A stretch of DNA of 64,000 bases, from NCBI GenBank assembly GCA_003971905.1, contig RSEE01000089.1, positions 124,001 to 188,000 on the forward strand. The letters run 5' to 3'. Made by a program: the position numbers and the translations under genes. Shown here in pieces: positions 37,201 through 50,084 of this stretch. A model generated the notes under the pieces. It was not told the origin of the DNA. It saw only the letters and a list, made by a program, of their open reading frames with translations, and ran no database searches. The DNA comes from Moniliella sp. 'wahieum'. Lineage: Eukaryota. How positions within the stretch are numbered: the stretch's first letter is position 1; each line of letters opens with the position of its first letter.

Positions 37201-38312
37201 GACGGGGCTTGCCCCCCCCCCCATTGGCATATCAGCTTGGCTGTGATCTCGTTCCTCCAATTCCAATCTCTTGTTCGCCCCAAGCGTCTCCCTCCTTTCC
37301 TCTTCCTTCGCTTCGCACATTGTCATCTGCTCTTGCTTTCTCCCCAGGAACGATGCTACATCCCTTGACCAAGTCTCCATTCTGTTCTCCCTCGCCTTAG
37401 CCGCGACTGTGACACCGCTCAATCCAAAAACGAAAGGTACTGTTGTGCCCTTGATGCCCGCACCCATTCTTAAAGGGGTACCGTCCGGACGAATGGGGGG
37501 CCTCTGCCCCTCGCCCCCTTCCCATTCTGCTTTCGTCTACTCCCATCATTTGCGGTTGGTCCGTGGTGCATGCTTATCCTTGTGACGGAGGTTCAGGTAA
37601 TCGGCTCTCCTTTCTTTCCCTCTGTCACCTTACAGACTTTTTATATTCGGCTTCCTGCCCCGGTTCGACTATCGTCAGGGAAATATTGCTCCCGTGTTCC
37701 CACTTCGTCTTGGCTCCCGTCGGTGCTTCTCTCTACCACAATCCCCCAAAATGTATCATCAATCTTCCGATTACTCCGAAACCCAGTGGCATTTTCAAGG
37801 CATCCAGTGGTGATTCTCTTCGTTTTAGCCGCTATTCCTGGCTTCGTGCTTGTCCCCACCTTGAATTCTATCAAAACATCGGGAACGATTCTCACTTTCA
37901 GGTTCATGATTCATGAAGGGCGCGCCTCCCTTTCCTCTGATGCGATGGGGAGACAATACCAGAGAATGGCTGGAAGTCGACAAGCTCTGCCCACGCTGTT
38001 GTATACAACGCTGGCTCTGCATGACCCTCTGCCGAGAGAGTCCTATATTTCCTGTGAAACCGATCCTGCCTCGTGCAACTTGAGGCCTCAAAAGCAGGAG
38101 ATATCCGCGTTCTAAGGGGGGGTTTAGATCGTCAACAGGGGCCTGTATAGTACACCGATTATCCAGGAGGGCGGACAACAGTAGTTGAAATAATTGCGTC
38201 CCTGCATAAAATCGTCCTTCGCGATGGTCGCACAAAACGAAACCAGGATCGTCTCTTGTGGTATGTGGCGCACACGACAGACAATGAGTAGAGGCAGGAG
38301 TGGAGTTGAATA

Positions 38313-40255
38313 TTAGTACAGGACCTGAGCCACTGCAGTCCCAGTTTCCGCCAACGACGATCCCCGAACAAAACGTGGTTGATCCGAGGAAATGGTACCC
38401 AGCAGGCGTGTGCCGTCATACGGGTGGGTAATCACCATTTTCTTATCCGGGCGTATACGCAGGGAGAGAGAGTCCAACCTGCCATGTCTGAACCGTAAAA
38501 TCGCCAACGAAAGAAGGGTGGTGGGTGAGAGAGAGCCGCCCGCGATGACAAGTAATGTGCGAATGAAGCTCCACTAACCCGCGGGAACGGAGTCGAGGTA
38601 CGTGATTGAAACGGCACCGATTTCACTCGAGACATGCACATAGAGAGCAGGGTCACTCCGGGGCGGGTAGACTTGGACCACCAACATATGACTGCTGCAT
38701 TTATGTTGCCAGATACGGTGCGCAGGTCCACGTCCATCCCCGAATCAGGCGAAGAATTACTCCCCACGGGGAAAAGCCCGACATCAATCGTGCCGAGACG
38801 GTAGTAAATCGAAATTTGGCGGGTCTGGGCAATACGGCAATTGAAGCTGCCATAGTATGCGAGGGCATGGACCAAATCCGAGACGACAGCGGCGAGGCGG
38901 ATGTGTCCTATTCGGCTCCGCAGGGCGATTTCAGCGCCATCACAGAGGCGCGAGATCGTTCAGGCTAGAAATATCGCCACTGTCGGTGACGAGAGAGATG
39001 TTGCTTGTTGTGGCGACAAGTCCATCCATCTCGATTGCCCCACTGGTCGTTTCAAGAACAAGTGAGTGCAACGGCGCATGCCCAGGCGTTCGTGGCACAC
39101 GGCGCAAGTCCATCTCAATAACCATTGCTCTCGATGACACATCTAGCGCCACTGAGCGAAACAAGGGTACAGACAGATTTGCCTTTACCTGCACCCCAGC
39201 CCCTGCGTTGTCCGAAGAACCAAAGGTCCAGCCCTGGTGAGTGCACTGGGTCCCATCGCCAACCTGATACAACCCGGATTCAACCTCAGCCAGTGTCACT
39301 CGCCGCACTTCTTGGGGGTGGCCGCAGATATGGTCACATTAAGATGGACCATTGCCGGGGCCAAGGGTAAGGGAGCCTCAATTACCAAAACTGGGTCAAT
39401 ACGCTCAATGGGAATGGGGCGGGAGGGGAGATCTTGCATGATTCGGGCCCTATAATCCATCCGAGGACCAGGCTCACCGATTCCGAAAGCAGGATCCGGC
39501 TCCGGTTGAATGAGGATGTTTCCTCCATGAGAGCCGTAGGAATGAAGGAAGACACCAAGAGGTTGCACAGAATTAGGTTTGGAGTGCTCTTGGAGTCGGA
39601 CGAGGGGCAAGGCGAGCTCGAGATGTGTGGTATAAAAAGCCGATCCGGCGCTTTGACGCGCAGCGGGAGAGGGACTACTCGGCGTAGGATCGTACCGTTG
39701 GGAAGATAGGGTTGAGGGGACGGTTCCATTTGCGACGTCAAGAACAAGAACAGGGCGCCGCCAAGAACAAGGTAGAGCACGAGGTGGGCGAGTAGGCGCA
39801 GTTTCTTTCGCTTTCGGCGGAATCCTTGGGGCGGGCACTTTCTCCATCTACGATCGTATCGTACGAAGGTGGGAGCGCATCGGGTTCAGAGATGCGTGTG
39901 CTCGTCGGCCTGCTCGAGTAGTGAGATATGTGGAGGGGAGGCCGGCGATAAAGGAGCATCGTGAGAAGCCTGGGTGGAGAAGGAGAAGAGATGGGGGTAG
40001 GAGCCGAATAAGAGCCAGCGGCAGAGGCAGGAGCAGGGGCAGAAGCAGGAGCAGCCGTGGACGCAGACGGTGGCGTTGCGTGGGGGGGCTGTATAGGGAA
40101 ACGGGGTGGGAGGGTGCGTGCGCGATGGCGTATAGGAGAGGGTAGACGGGGGATGCGGTGGGGGCGAGTGCGGCGAGGGGAAGCGGTGGGTCTGCTGGTG
40201 GGGAGTGCTGCCGGGAGGATTGTGGCAAAGGAGGTTTGTGGTCAATGATGGCCAT
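38313..40255 (-). CDS. Hypothetical membrane-anchored protein with DUF4097/adhesin-like beta-strand repeats, frameshifted
   Basis: Pro-rich N-terminus with PPSY, TM segment LLYLVLGGALFLFL, repeated [TS]xSG[ADN]I motifs (TTSGAIEM, TDSGDIS, TVSGNINA, RLGTIDV). Confidence 0.6.
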
Positions 40256-41128
40256 GGTGGTGTGCAGGGAGCGTGTGGGCTGCGAAAGGCTGCGAGGCAA
40301 CATGCAGATGCTAATCACCGCGCTAATCGGCCCCAACTGAAAAAACGAACCCATTGCCAACCTTCAATTTCAATTCTGATATCGCTTGCCATACTTCTCT
40401 TCTCAAAGCCATCTGGGGATGGCCACATGCCCAAAGTCTCTTGCTCCAGAGACACTCATATGGCCCAGCACTTCAGTATCCTGCATCATTGCTGGCCCAG
40501 AAAAGTTCCGGCTTTTCCTTTCGGATCTGCAATACAACTATGCCTCCGACGCGAGGGGACGAGGAGGGCGAGAAGACAAGGAAAGGGGACGGGGGGGGCG
40601 TGAATTATTGCGTTAACGAGATTGCACGCGCCACAGGGCTGACAATCATCCTTCTAAGTAGATGCATGCAGGTGACCGCCGGTGAGGCCGGTGATGACTG
40701 GTATTCCCACCTTCCACATTTTTGAGAGGGAAACAAGGAGCCTTACTACTTATACTTGTCTAGAGCTGTGGGGAGAAGAGCGCCAACCAGCTGGGGACAA
40801 CACAAAAGTAATGTTTCGTCGTGGGGATTTGAGTCAGAGATCTCGCTCGGGAGGTGAGGTTGCTAAAGTAGGCTTCGAAATGATGGTAGGTACATCGGAG
40901 GACGTCGTGCGGTGGTATCAATATGCCGGACAATGTGTGTACTGCGCCTATATACAGAACCCCACACCCTCTTGTTTTGATTAACCCTGTCGGTGCGCGT
41001 CATGCATCACAATCAGTGGTCGTCACCAATCGCGACACCGAACGCGTACGTAATCGACCCTCAGCTTTCCTCACCCAATTATTCAATGGTCTCGTTTAAC
41101 GTGCCTCCTCAAGCGCCCATCGCCACCA

Positions 41129-42934
41129 ATGAACAGTGTGCAAGTTCTTTCGGCAGGCAACTGCCGCTTTGGGAACAACTGCCGCTTCGAAGTGAGTCCA
41201 CCCCTTTTATCACTCCTCGCACCGCTTGCTAACCTCTCCACAGCACCCACAAGACCTGCAGCCCTCGGGAGGGGGCACGTCCGCCTTCGGCAACACATCT
41301 GCTTTTGGCAATACATCTGCCTTCGGGAACTGGTCTGCCACCTTGGCCCTGCTGCATCAACCCGCGGAAGGGCTGCAGCTGGCGTCCCCCCATCAAAGTT
41401 GGCAAATGGTCTCGCGGCTGGTGGGCGCGAGGTCGCCAAGTACCCAGATGGCCTAGACTGGAAAACAACACCCGCAGCGGCAAATCCAGCTGACGCATGA
41501 GAGTATCCAGTCGACTGTCGCGCCACAGGGAGCGGCCACAATGGCCAGCCAGCGGCTTTTCACCAGGAAAATTCGAGCCCACTTGATCCTGGACTCGACA
41601 TGAGTCCCGAGGAGATGCGGGTTGCGGCGTATGCCGCACGCAGCGCCGCTAGCATAGCAGGGCAGGACCCTTCAAACAGCGGCTTCGGTTGTGGCGGCGC
41701 AGAGAACGAGGCCTTTAACAAAGTCAATCAAGCCTTAGAAGGAGTCCGGAGGGATATCCCTGGTGCTTTTCAAAACAGGCCTTGACTAACAGACAAGCTG
41801 CCATGGAGGCTGACAAGGCTATCTCCTCCACAAACTTGGTATCCCCAGTGGGTCGAGGGTACATCTGTCCAGTATCGGCTTTTGGAGTGGTTGGCAGCGG
41901 CAGGAGGGTCGGCGTTTGGAACATCTTCGGCATTCGGTCAACCTTCCGCGCTTTGGCGCCACCAGCCAGCCGTCAACGTCGGCATTTGGACAGCCTAGTG
42001 CATTTGGTACGGCAACAGGAGGGAGTGGGGTGCCTTCGGCAAGCCCTCTGCATTTGGCCAATCGAGCTCATTTGGACAACTAGTTCTTTTGGTAAACAAG
42101 CGCCTTTGGAGCAGCGTCTTCTCAAGGATCAGCTTTGGCCAGACCAGTGCATTTGGGGCACCAGCGAAGCCTCCTACTGGGACAAGTGCGTTTGGGGCTC
42201 GCCCCACAACCTGCTTCGGCGGCGGGAGTGCGTTTGGCCAAACGTCCGCTTTTGGCCAGCCTTCTGCCTTCGGCCAAACCAGTGCTTTTGGTGCCAAGCC
42301 ATCAGCCACCCCTCAAACGAGCGCATTTGGCCAGACAGGCAACACCAGTGCGTTGGGCCGCAGTCTGCGCCGAATGCAAACACTAGTGCCTTCGGTCAAC
42401 CCAGTGCCTTCGGCCAACCCAGTGCCTTTGGTCGATCCAGCGGATTTGGTCAACCTAGCTCATTCGGTCAAACTAGTTCTTTCGGGCAAGCTAGCACCTT
42501 CGGCCAAGCCAGTGCACCTGGTAGCCAGCCTGGGGCATTTGGCCAGCCGAGCCAACCTAGCGCGTTTGGACAGCCAAGTGCATTTGGGACCACCACTGCC
42601 CCGGCTAATTCACCATTGGCGCGACATCGACCAACTTCTGCGTTTGGACCGAATGCTACCGCTGCTGGACCACCTGCTGGCTCTGCCTTTGGAGCGGCCC
42701 CTACTCAAGCCACATCAGCTTTTGGAGCACCCTCTGCTCAAAATACCTCTGCCTTGGAGCATTTTCTGCTTCTGCCCCTGCTGTCTCATCTGCCCCTACT
42801 TCTGCCCCTGCCCCTGCCTGGTTTCATTGGGCGAAGACTTGGCCAAGCTCCCGAAGATGGTCCAGGACATTTTCACTGGAGAGTTCGAGTGGGGGAAGGT
42901 TCCAGCGATCGAACCACCTTTGTCAGTACGGTGA
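41129..42934 (+). CDS. CCCH zinc-finger FG nucleoporin (Amo1/Nup42/NUPL2-like), at least 1 intron
   Basis: Frameshifted N-terminal C-KFF..GNCRFGNNCRFE|H zinc finger; SPEEMR; many SAFGQ/SAFG repeats; C-terminal FTGEFEWGKVPAIEPP (Gle1-binding-type tail). Confidence 0.9.
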
Positions 42935-43542
42935 CCGCATCATTTTGATGTAATATCTCGCCTCCTCTCATCCAATAAGCCCTTTCTAGGGCCTTTATAT
43001 GTACGTTTTGATTGGTGAGATGGATGAGCGCATCGCGATGAGCGCTGAGCATGAAATCCTCCTGTAGTGTAATGATTTGGGCCGAAGAATTCCAACCTGA
43101 CGAGTGTTTTCGGGGGACCAGGAGAAACGCTCACTTCAACTTCAACCACGTCTAAGTTCAAGCTCAAATGCAAAATCAAAGGCGTCCGGATCATACAGTC
43201 CGACCCTAGTGTTTTTGCATCCAATATTCGTAGCCGCCTGCTTGCTAACCGCTATATGGTCAAGATACGAGTAGGCCGACGTGTTGACCTTCCGTAACGT
43301 TTAACTTTCAAAAGCAAGCAAAAGTCCTCAGAACCCAGGCCTCGCTGTACTGGCAGTTCTCTTCGGGTTCAAGCTTAAAGCTCTTTGAGCTCACTCGGAA
43401 GGGGTTTTTCATCCATCTCTGTAGGGTGTGGCGTCTCACCTTTCTTGATCAGCGATTTCCACGTGTCGCAGCAACATCAGCGCTCGCGTTGCCCTTTCTC
43501 CGCTGCCCGCCCACTATGACATACTACGGTAAGCGTGTTTGC

Positions 43543-44455
43543 ATGGTGGGGTGTGTGGTCTTCACACGCGCTTCATTTTACATCCTGTGCCTATGCACCG
43601 CTCGGTGGTCATCGGCCATCCCTATACGCTCTCGCTCCCGGTTGCTATGCATAACTTTGTCCTCTGTCTCATCCAAGACCAAGGCCAAGGCCAGAAAGCG
43701 ATGGTGAGACATAGGGTCTTTATGGCCTTGGAGAGGACTAATGTGATCGCACTGTGGTGGGCGATATGTCTGTCGACCGCGGCCAACAAAAACAAGCGCC
43801 TACAAAGGAACAATAAACAGCCAGTCGCCACCAGGGACTAAGCTGCGGAGCAAGGAAAACAGAGGAGGGAAGAAAACGACGGAGGAATTCTTAGAAGTCT
43901 GAGGCCTGAGAGGAGGGGGACTGAAGCGACGTGGCCGAAAACACTCGAGCCACCCATGGCGGGTCAATAGGCAATCATACGGATAGATACGAATAAGGAG
44001 AAAAAAGGCCGTCAACCCGACTGTTATTATGAAAAAAGTGGTCGGAAGAGAGAGTATGCCAGAACAATCTGTCTTTTGGCTGGTGTGCCAAGCTAAGAGG
44101 CTCGAATTCGTTCCCTCTCTCTTCGCTTGCACTGGCATCGGACCAATGAATCCCATATCATTTCTGACGGTACTGATGTGATTGTTATAGAGGTTTGGAC
44201 GAACGGCAGCATGGTGCTTGCCACCCTAATGGCCAGCATTGCGTCAACCGACGGAATGATTACCGCGTTCGCCAACAAGCCCTATGGATATCGGATGATG
44301 CGGCGCTTCAACCCCAGCGGCTGCGACAGCAGGAAAGGAGCCCAGACTCCAGATGGTCCCTAGCAACTGGCCACTCCTATACTCCGCCTGCTTACCACCA
44401 CATCTTGTGCACCATCCTTCCTGGTTGGGCCATGATGCGGTCAAGCCGTGGGTAA
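43543..44455 (+). CDS. Possible orphan secreted protein (fragmented)
   Basis: Signal-peptide-like MVGCVVFTRASFYILCLCTARWSSA|IPI, followed by charged and Cys-containing fragments (RVCQNNLSFGWC, GACHPNGQHCVNR). No family recognised. Confidence 0.25.
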
Positions 44456-45233
44456 GCTGGACATTGGCTAAGCGGGCAGGCCGCCCGTCGCCAACATTGA
44501 CGTATCTATTGGAGTCGAAACCCCATTCAATGGGAAGCATGTCAAGTTTTGATCATAGATGAGAGTACTGAGTGAATATTGAATGAGCGATTGGTTGCTA
44601 CGACGGTTGAGCGCTGAGCAAAGACCGGTCGGCCGCGGTTGGGGGACGATATAACAGACGGCTTGGGAAAATGCGCAGGGAGAAGGAATCCCTGTGCGGC
44701 ACCTCCAAGTTCCCGACTATCAGCTTGGGGCGAAGAGTTACAAATCATGATGAGTGGGATGATTAATGACGCTGACGGCACTTGGACTCCGCGCTCACTA
44801 TGAGACCCATGGAGAAAATCACAAATGTATGTGACGCTTTTGTTTGCCGAGTTGGAAATATGCCCCACCAGAATTGTAGCCGATCGGAGCTTCAAGCTTC
44901 ACCGAAGGAGTAGGAACCGGCCACGCCAAAAACACTGAACCTGCCTCGCGAGGACGAGTGGGGTTCATGCGTTTATTGCATGAACAACGAGATGCATCGT
45001 GACAGAAAGGATGCAGCGTGACAGAAAGGATACAACGTATAGTGCAAACGTCTAACATGTAACACATGTAATTCGTAGCCGAGTAGCTGGATTCCATCTG
45101 CTATTTGAGTGGCGAGAGTGTAACATGCAAAGCCCTGTCCCAAAACAAACAGCCGAAGAGTGTGATGTGTAAAACACACGCAAAGCTGCGCGCTCTGTTT
45201 ACATGCATTACATGTTACAGGTCGCCTTGTAGT

Positions 45234-45275
45234 GAAGCTTGAAGCTTGAAGCTTGAAGCTTGAAGCTTGAAGCTT
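45234..45275. repeat. (GAAGCTT)6 heptamer array with palindromic AAGCTT core
   Basis: Six perfect tandem copies seen directly. Confidence 0.97.
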
Positions 45276-46124
45276 GAAGGGGCACGCTCTACTGTGGGTT
45301 GAACCGGGACTTTCACTCCATTTCTCGCTCTCTTTTTCTTCCTAAGTAGCCTCTGCTTTGCTATCATAGCTGCCCAATGGAGAGTTGTGGGGATCTCTCT
45401 GAGGCCAGAGCGCCTGGGAGCCAAAAACTCTCTCCCCACCCCCACATTGTCTTCGTAGTCTATGATGTGGCGCAAAAGCGAAGGCCGAGGCCCCCCGGCC
45501 GGGGACACACTAACCATCGGGAAATGACCGGTGACGCATCGGCGAAAAGGGACGCTGAGTACCTGAGTACCTGAGTAACCCATGTGCAGCGTGACATGTG
45601 CCACACTGGGGTAGCAATGTCATGTCAAATTTCATTAGTCCAAGGTCGAGGATGGCCGAGGATGGCCGAGATGCAACCCCAGACTAGCCCCAACCTTGAC
45701 GTTTAAAATTTAACGTTTGACGTTGACGTTTAACGTTTTAACAGCGCATGTGAATACGTGAAAAGGAACGCTACTATACGCATGATGGGTGATGCATGCC
45801 GCATGCCGCGTGACACGTGACAGCGTTTTTGCGCTCAGGCCGTGGCGCGATTATACGTCGACGCACGCACACGCGACGGGAAAAGCGGGGCAGCTGCCGC
45901 TGGCCAGTGCCACCGGCCGCTACGCCGCCACTGCGCCCTACGACGCGCAGTGAGTACTGAGTACCAGAGAAACAGGCATATTGCTAAGCGGGGAGCGGCA
46001 TCAACGACGTCAACATTCAACCCTACCAGGCCTTTTAAGAAAGGTGGAAGAGCGCATTGGCCACTATAGCATCTTTCTTCGCGCCGCCACCAACTCCTGA
46101 GCGTTTCCCCAGCAATCCCTCCCT

Positions 46125-47179
46125 ATGGCTTCAGCAACGACTACTCAAGTCGACGCCATTCCCGCCCTTGGCGGCAGCATGGCCCCTCTCAGGCGCCCCA
46201 AACCCGCGCTCACCTTCCCGGGGTTGGACCCTGTGGAGCAGACCCTTTTCCGTCAGCGGCGCTTTGGCTTTATGCGGAGTGTATACGAGAACACCAAGGG
46301 GAAATCCATGGGCATGACTGTGGCGGCGCTTTGTTTGTATGCGGGCATTAACCGCATGCCCTCCTTGATTCGCCCATTGTATGACTTGGTCGAGTCCTAC
46401 CCCCCGCCGGTTTCTTTTGTGGCCACCCTGTATACCTCTGCAATTATCTCGCAAATGACGATCGGAAGCATTTTTGCGTACCTGGACTATGCCAAACCCA
46501 AGTGGATCCAGAGATACCGGGTTCAAGCACTGAAGGACCCGACGCTGAAGGACTATCTCCACATCCAACCCACGTGCTGACCAACCTACTCTTCTGGAAC
46601 TTGGCGTTTTCCGTGACCATGGCCCCGGTCTTGATTTGGCGCGGCAACCAGTTGTCGTATGACACGATCCCTTCCATTTCCAGGGCAGTGTTTGACCTGA
46701 TCGTAAGCGCGTTGGTGACCGAGGTGGGCTTTTACTATATTCACCGGACGCTGCACCACCGCAAGATCTACAAGTACATCCACAAGCAGCACCATGAATA
46801 CACGGCGCCCTTTGCCTGGACAGCAACATATGCCCATCCGATTGAGCACATCTTGTCTAATTTGGTCCCGCCGCTGGCCGGGGTAGCCCTGTGTGGGTCC
46901 CATCTGAGTGTTGCGCTCATGGTATTTAACCTGCTTATCGTCCACACCCACTTTGACCACTCTGGTTACAATATCCCCTTTTTCAGCTCCTCTCTCCAGC
47001 ATGACTGGCACCACTACCTCACCAACGAGAACTATGGCCCTTTGGGCTTGCTTGATACGTTCCACCACACCAACACTCAGTTTAAGGCTTGGATGTCTCA
47101 TGTCCACAAGGCTTTCAATGGCGACACGGATGCTGCTGAGCGGTTCGCGGCCAATGCCATTGCTGAGCGCACCGGTTAG
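46125..47179 (+). CDS. Fatty-acid hydroxylase / sterol desaturase superfamily protein (FAXDC2/ERG25-like)
   Basis: His boxes [28 protein letters not shown] and HDWHH, then NYG. One frameshift near 46575. Confidence 0.93.
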
Positions 47180-47623
47180 TTGCTGTTGATGCTTTTTGCT
47201 GTGCTTCACACAACTCCACCTATGTTTTTTTCTTTTTTTTTCTCCTGCCCGTTTTTGTCTCCATTTTATCGCGCTTTTGTAAATTTACCCCATCAGCTTC
47301 AAGCATCTGAGTGACCACAGACACAGTCGTAGGTCGCTTTGCCAGAGTCTACCCGCGACTCCGCATGTGTATCTCCATCGAGTTTGCGGAGCTATCGATT
47401 ATCGTCAAGCGACAGAATATGAACAGCTGAATTGGATCCAATGTGCCTGGAGCGGTGCAGCGGAATGAGAATGGCCAAGGCATGCTCTCATTCCGCCTCC
47501 CAGTAGGCCAGTGTGGAGAAAGAAATAAAAATTCAACTCGCAAGGACCATTTTTCGCTCGCCTCTTCCCATCTCTCCATCCCGTTCTACCCCTACCTTCC
47601 CTTTCTTCCCACTAAATCCCAAC

Positions 47624-48308
47624 ATGTCGTTCCGTGGTGGCCGTGGTGGCTTTGGTGATCGCGGAGGTCGGGGTGGTTTCCGCGGTGGCCGCGGTGGTGC
47701 TCGCCCCTTTAACGCTGGCCCGCCCGACACCGTTCAAGAGATGGGCAGTTTCGTCCACGCCGTTGAGGGGGAAATGCTCTGCGCCTCGACGGACGCAAAG
47801 CATGTGCCTTACTTCAACGCCCCCATCTAGTATGTATTTCCAGTCCTCACTGGTCACACCTATGGGGTTATCTGACCCTTCCTTCCCCAGCTTGCAAAAC
47901 AAGTCCCAGATCGGCAAGGTAGATGAGATTCTGGGTCCCATCAACGAGGTCTTCTTCACAGTCAAGATGGACCCGGGCATGGTCGCCTCTTCCTTCAAAG
48001 CCGATGACAAGGTCTACATTGGCGGTGACCGGCTCCTTCCCATCGAGCGATTCCTTCCCAAGCCCAAAGCGCCCAAGGCGCCCAAGAAGAAATCGGGCGC
48101 TCAACGCGGTGGCTTTGGCGGAGGACGCGGCGCCCCCCGTGGGCGCGGTGGCTTCGGCGGACGTGGCGGCGGACGTGGTGGGTTTTCGTCCCGTGGTGGT
48201 GCTGGTGGCCGGGGCGGATTTGGCGCACCTCGTGGTGGGCGCGGAGGTGGATTCGGCGGGCGTGGAGGCGGCCGCGGCGGTTTCCGGGGTGGTCGTGGAG
48301 GGTATTGA
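47624..48308 (+). CDS. GAR1: H/ACA snoRNP subunit Gar1, 1 intron
   Basis: RGG repeats at both ends; [64 protein letters not shown]. Confidence 0.98.
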
Positions 48309-48630
48309 ACATTCAACGTCCCTGTGTTTTGTGTCCCTTAGCCTCTCATCACTATGATGCATCTCGAGCTCCCCTGCTGCCCTCAGACCCGTCTGTTTGC
48401 ATACAGATCGCAACACAGCAGTGTTGGCCACTTGCTCACCCCGTGTATTCGCATTGAAGGCGGGTGGATTGGCTGCAAGGCCAGTTAGTAGTGCACCCGC
48501 AAGCGGTTGGTTCATTTGGGACCCACAAAAGAATAACGCCTGCTGCACGCAACGACTTACGAGGCACTAGATTTCTGTTCTCGTTGTAATCGTATCTATC
48601 CGTCTTTGATTTGGGCAGTAACCGATGAAC

Positions 48631-48731
48631 GAGAGGGATGGGGGGAAGGAGAGAGAAAGAGGAGAAGGAGGAGGAGAGGGGGGAGAAGGAAGAGAAGGAG
48701 GAGAAGGAGGAGAAGGAGAGGGAGGAGAGGA
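48631..48731 (+). repeat. ~100-bp polypurine (G/A) low-complexity tract
   Basis: Almost pyrimidine-free run gagagggatgggggaaggagagagaaagaggagaaggag...ggagagga downstream of GAR1. Confidence 0.9.
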
Positions 48732-50084
48732 CCAGGGGAGCAGGGGCGCAGGCTCAGCTCTCAGCCTCCGAAGTTGGTCTGATTAGTATGTTATCTTGAC
48801 TGTTATAGTACTCGCGCATAGGGTCGTCATGGCCAGGGAGGAACGGCCCTTGAATGCGTCCCGGTGGTGCTTGCCGTTTTGTCGCATTCTGCTTGCTCTC
48901 AAAGTCGATACAGCTCCTTCTCCCTGCGTTGGCAGACGTTGCCGTCGCCTCGTGTGCATTCTCCTGACAAGGGTTGTACCGGTTACAGGCCTCTCAGATC
49001 TCACTGATCATTCGTGCCCGAGTCCCTTGGGGTGTGGCCCGCTTCCGTACAACATTCGGCATCGTCTGTTTCCGCCCTCTTGGCATCCTCCTTCTCGAGC
49101 TCTGCAGCGATTTGCTGCCGAGCAGGTAGGTGTCTGTGCTTGGGCCTAGAGCTGGGGCACCTGAAGTGGAGATCGCTCGGCCTCGGAAACCTCCAGCACA
49201 GCACGCCTGGATGCGTGGACTACTAACTACAGACGGGACAGCGCGCACTATGCTCGAGGCCGTGCATCTCTTGCACAGCTCATATCGGCTGCCTCTTGCA
49301 GCAGGCAATTGGAAGCGCACGTAAGCCACGTAAGCGGAATTGAGCGCTTGAGCAGCTCAGCGTCGCCGCGCTGAGGCTCAGCCCTACGGGCCGACTTGGC
49401 GATCTTGGCATCGCACCAGTGCGTACGTACACAGCCCCTCGGGCATCCGACCACTCTCTCGCCTGTCCACACACGCCCACCACCGCAGTCCGCCTCCTGA
49501 AGGCTGACCGTCAGCCTTCAGCGCTTCACCTGGGACTCGGGCCCGCTGAGGCCGGCACTGAGGCACTGAGTACTGAGGCCGAGGCCGGATGCGTGGTGCA
49601 TGATGCGCGATGCATGATGTGGGGTGCTGATCGGCAGCCGCCGAGACAGAGGGTCGGTGTGGGGGCAGTGTGTGTTGGACTTTGCAGCGTCTAGGACCCG
49701 GTGCCGCGCGAGGGCCCGCTGTGCTGGTCGTGGGCACACAGCCGTACTGCTGCGCGCATCCCTCTCGTAGAGCTTAGAGCCAGCATCCTTGCCACGCGCG
49801 CGGCATTCGTGTTACCCACTGCCCTCGTGCTTGATCGCATCCCTCGGTGCAGAATATCGGACTGGCCCTGTGCCCGTCTTCACCCACGCTGTCGTCATGC
49901 ATCGCGATCTAGCTTGCTGGGCGCTGGCCTCGCCCAGCCAAGCTGCGAGCTTCAAGCTTCACCTCCCCTCGCTTTGGGCCCACCCGAAACCACCACACCG
50001 CATTGCTTGTCTCGCATCTTCTTCTCCCTCTCCATCAATCTCCTGCCCCCTGCTCATTTCCTCGCCCGAACGACACTTTTGGCC

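Noticed and set aside
36592..38235. Several 90-180-aa ORFs on both strands
   Set aside because: No recognisable motif or consistent strand; an orphan gene is possible but cannot be supported
45234..45275. Cloning linker or polylinker contamination (HindIII and other restriction-site hexamers)
   Set aside because: Sites are dispersed across many native promoters, degenerate, nearly always A....T type and lack vector sequence; an artefact is not fully excluded without independent reads
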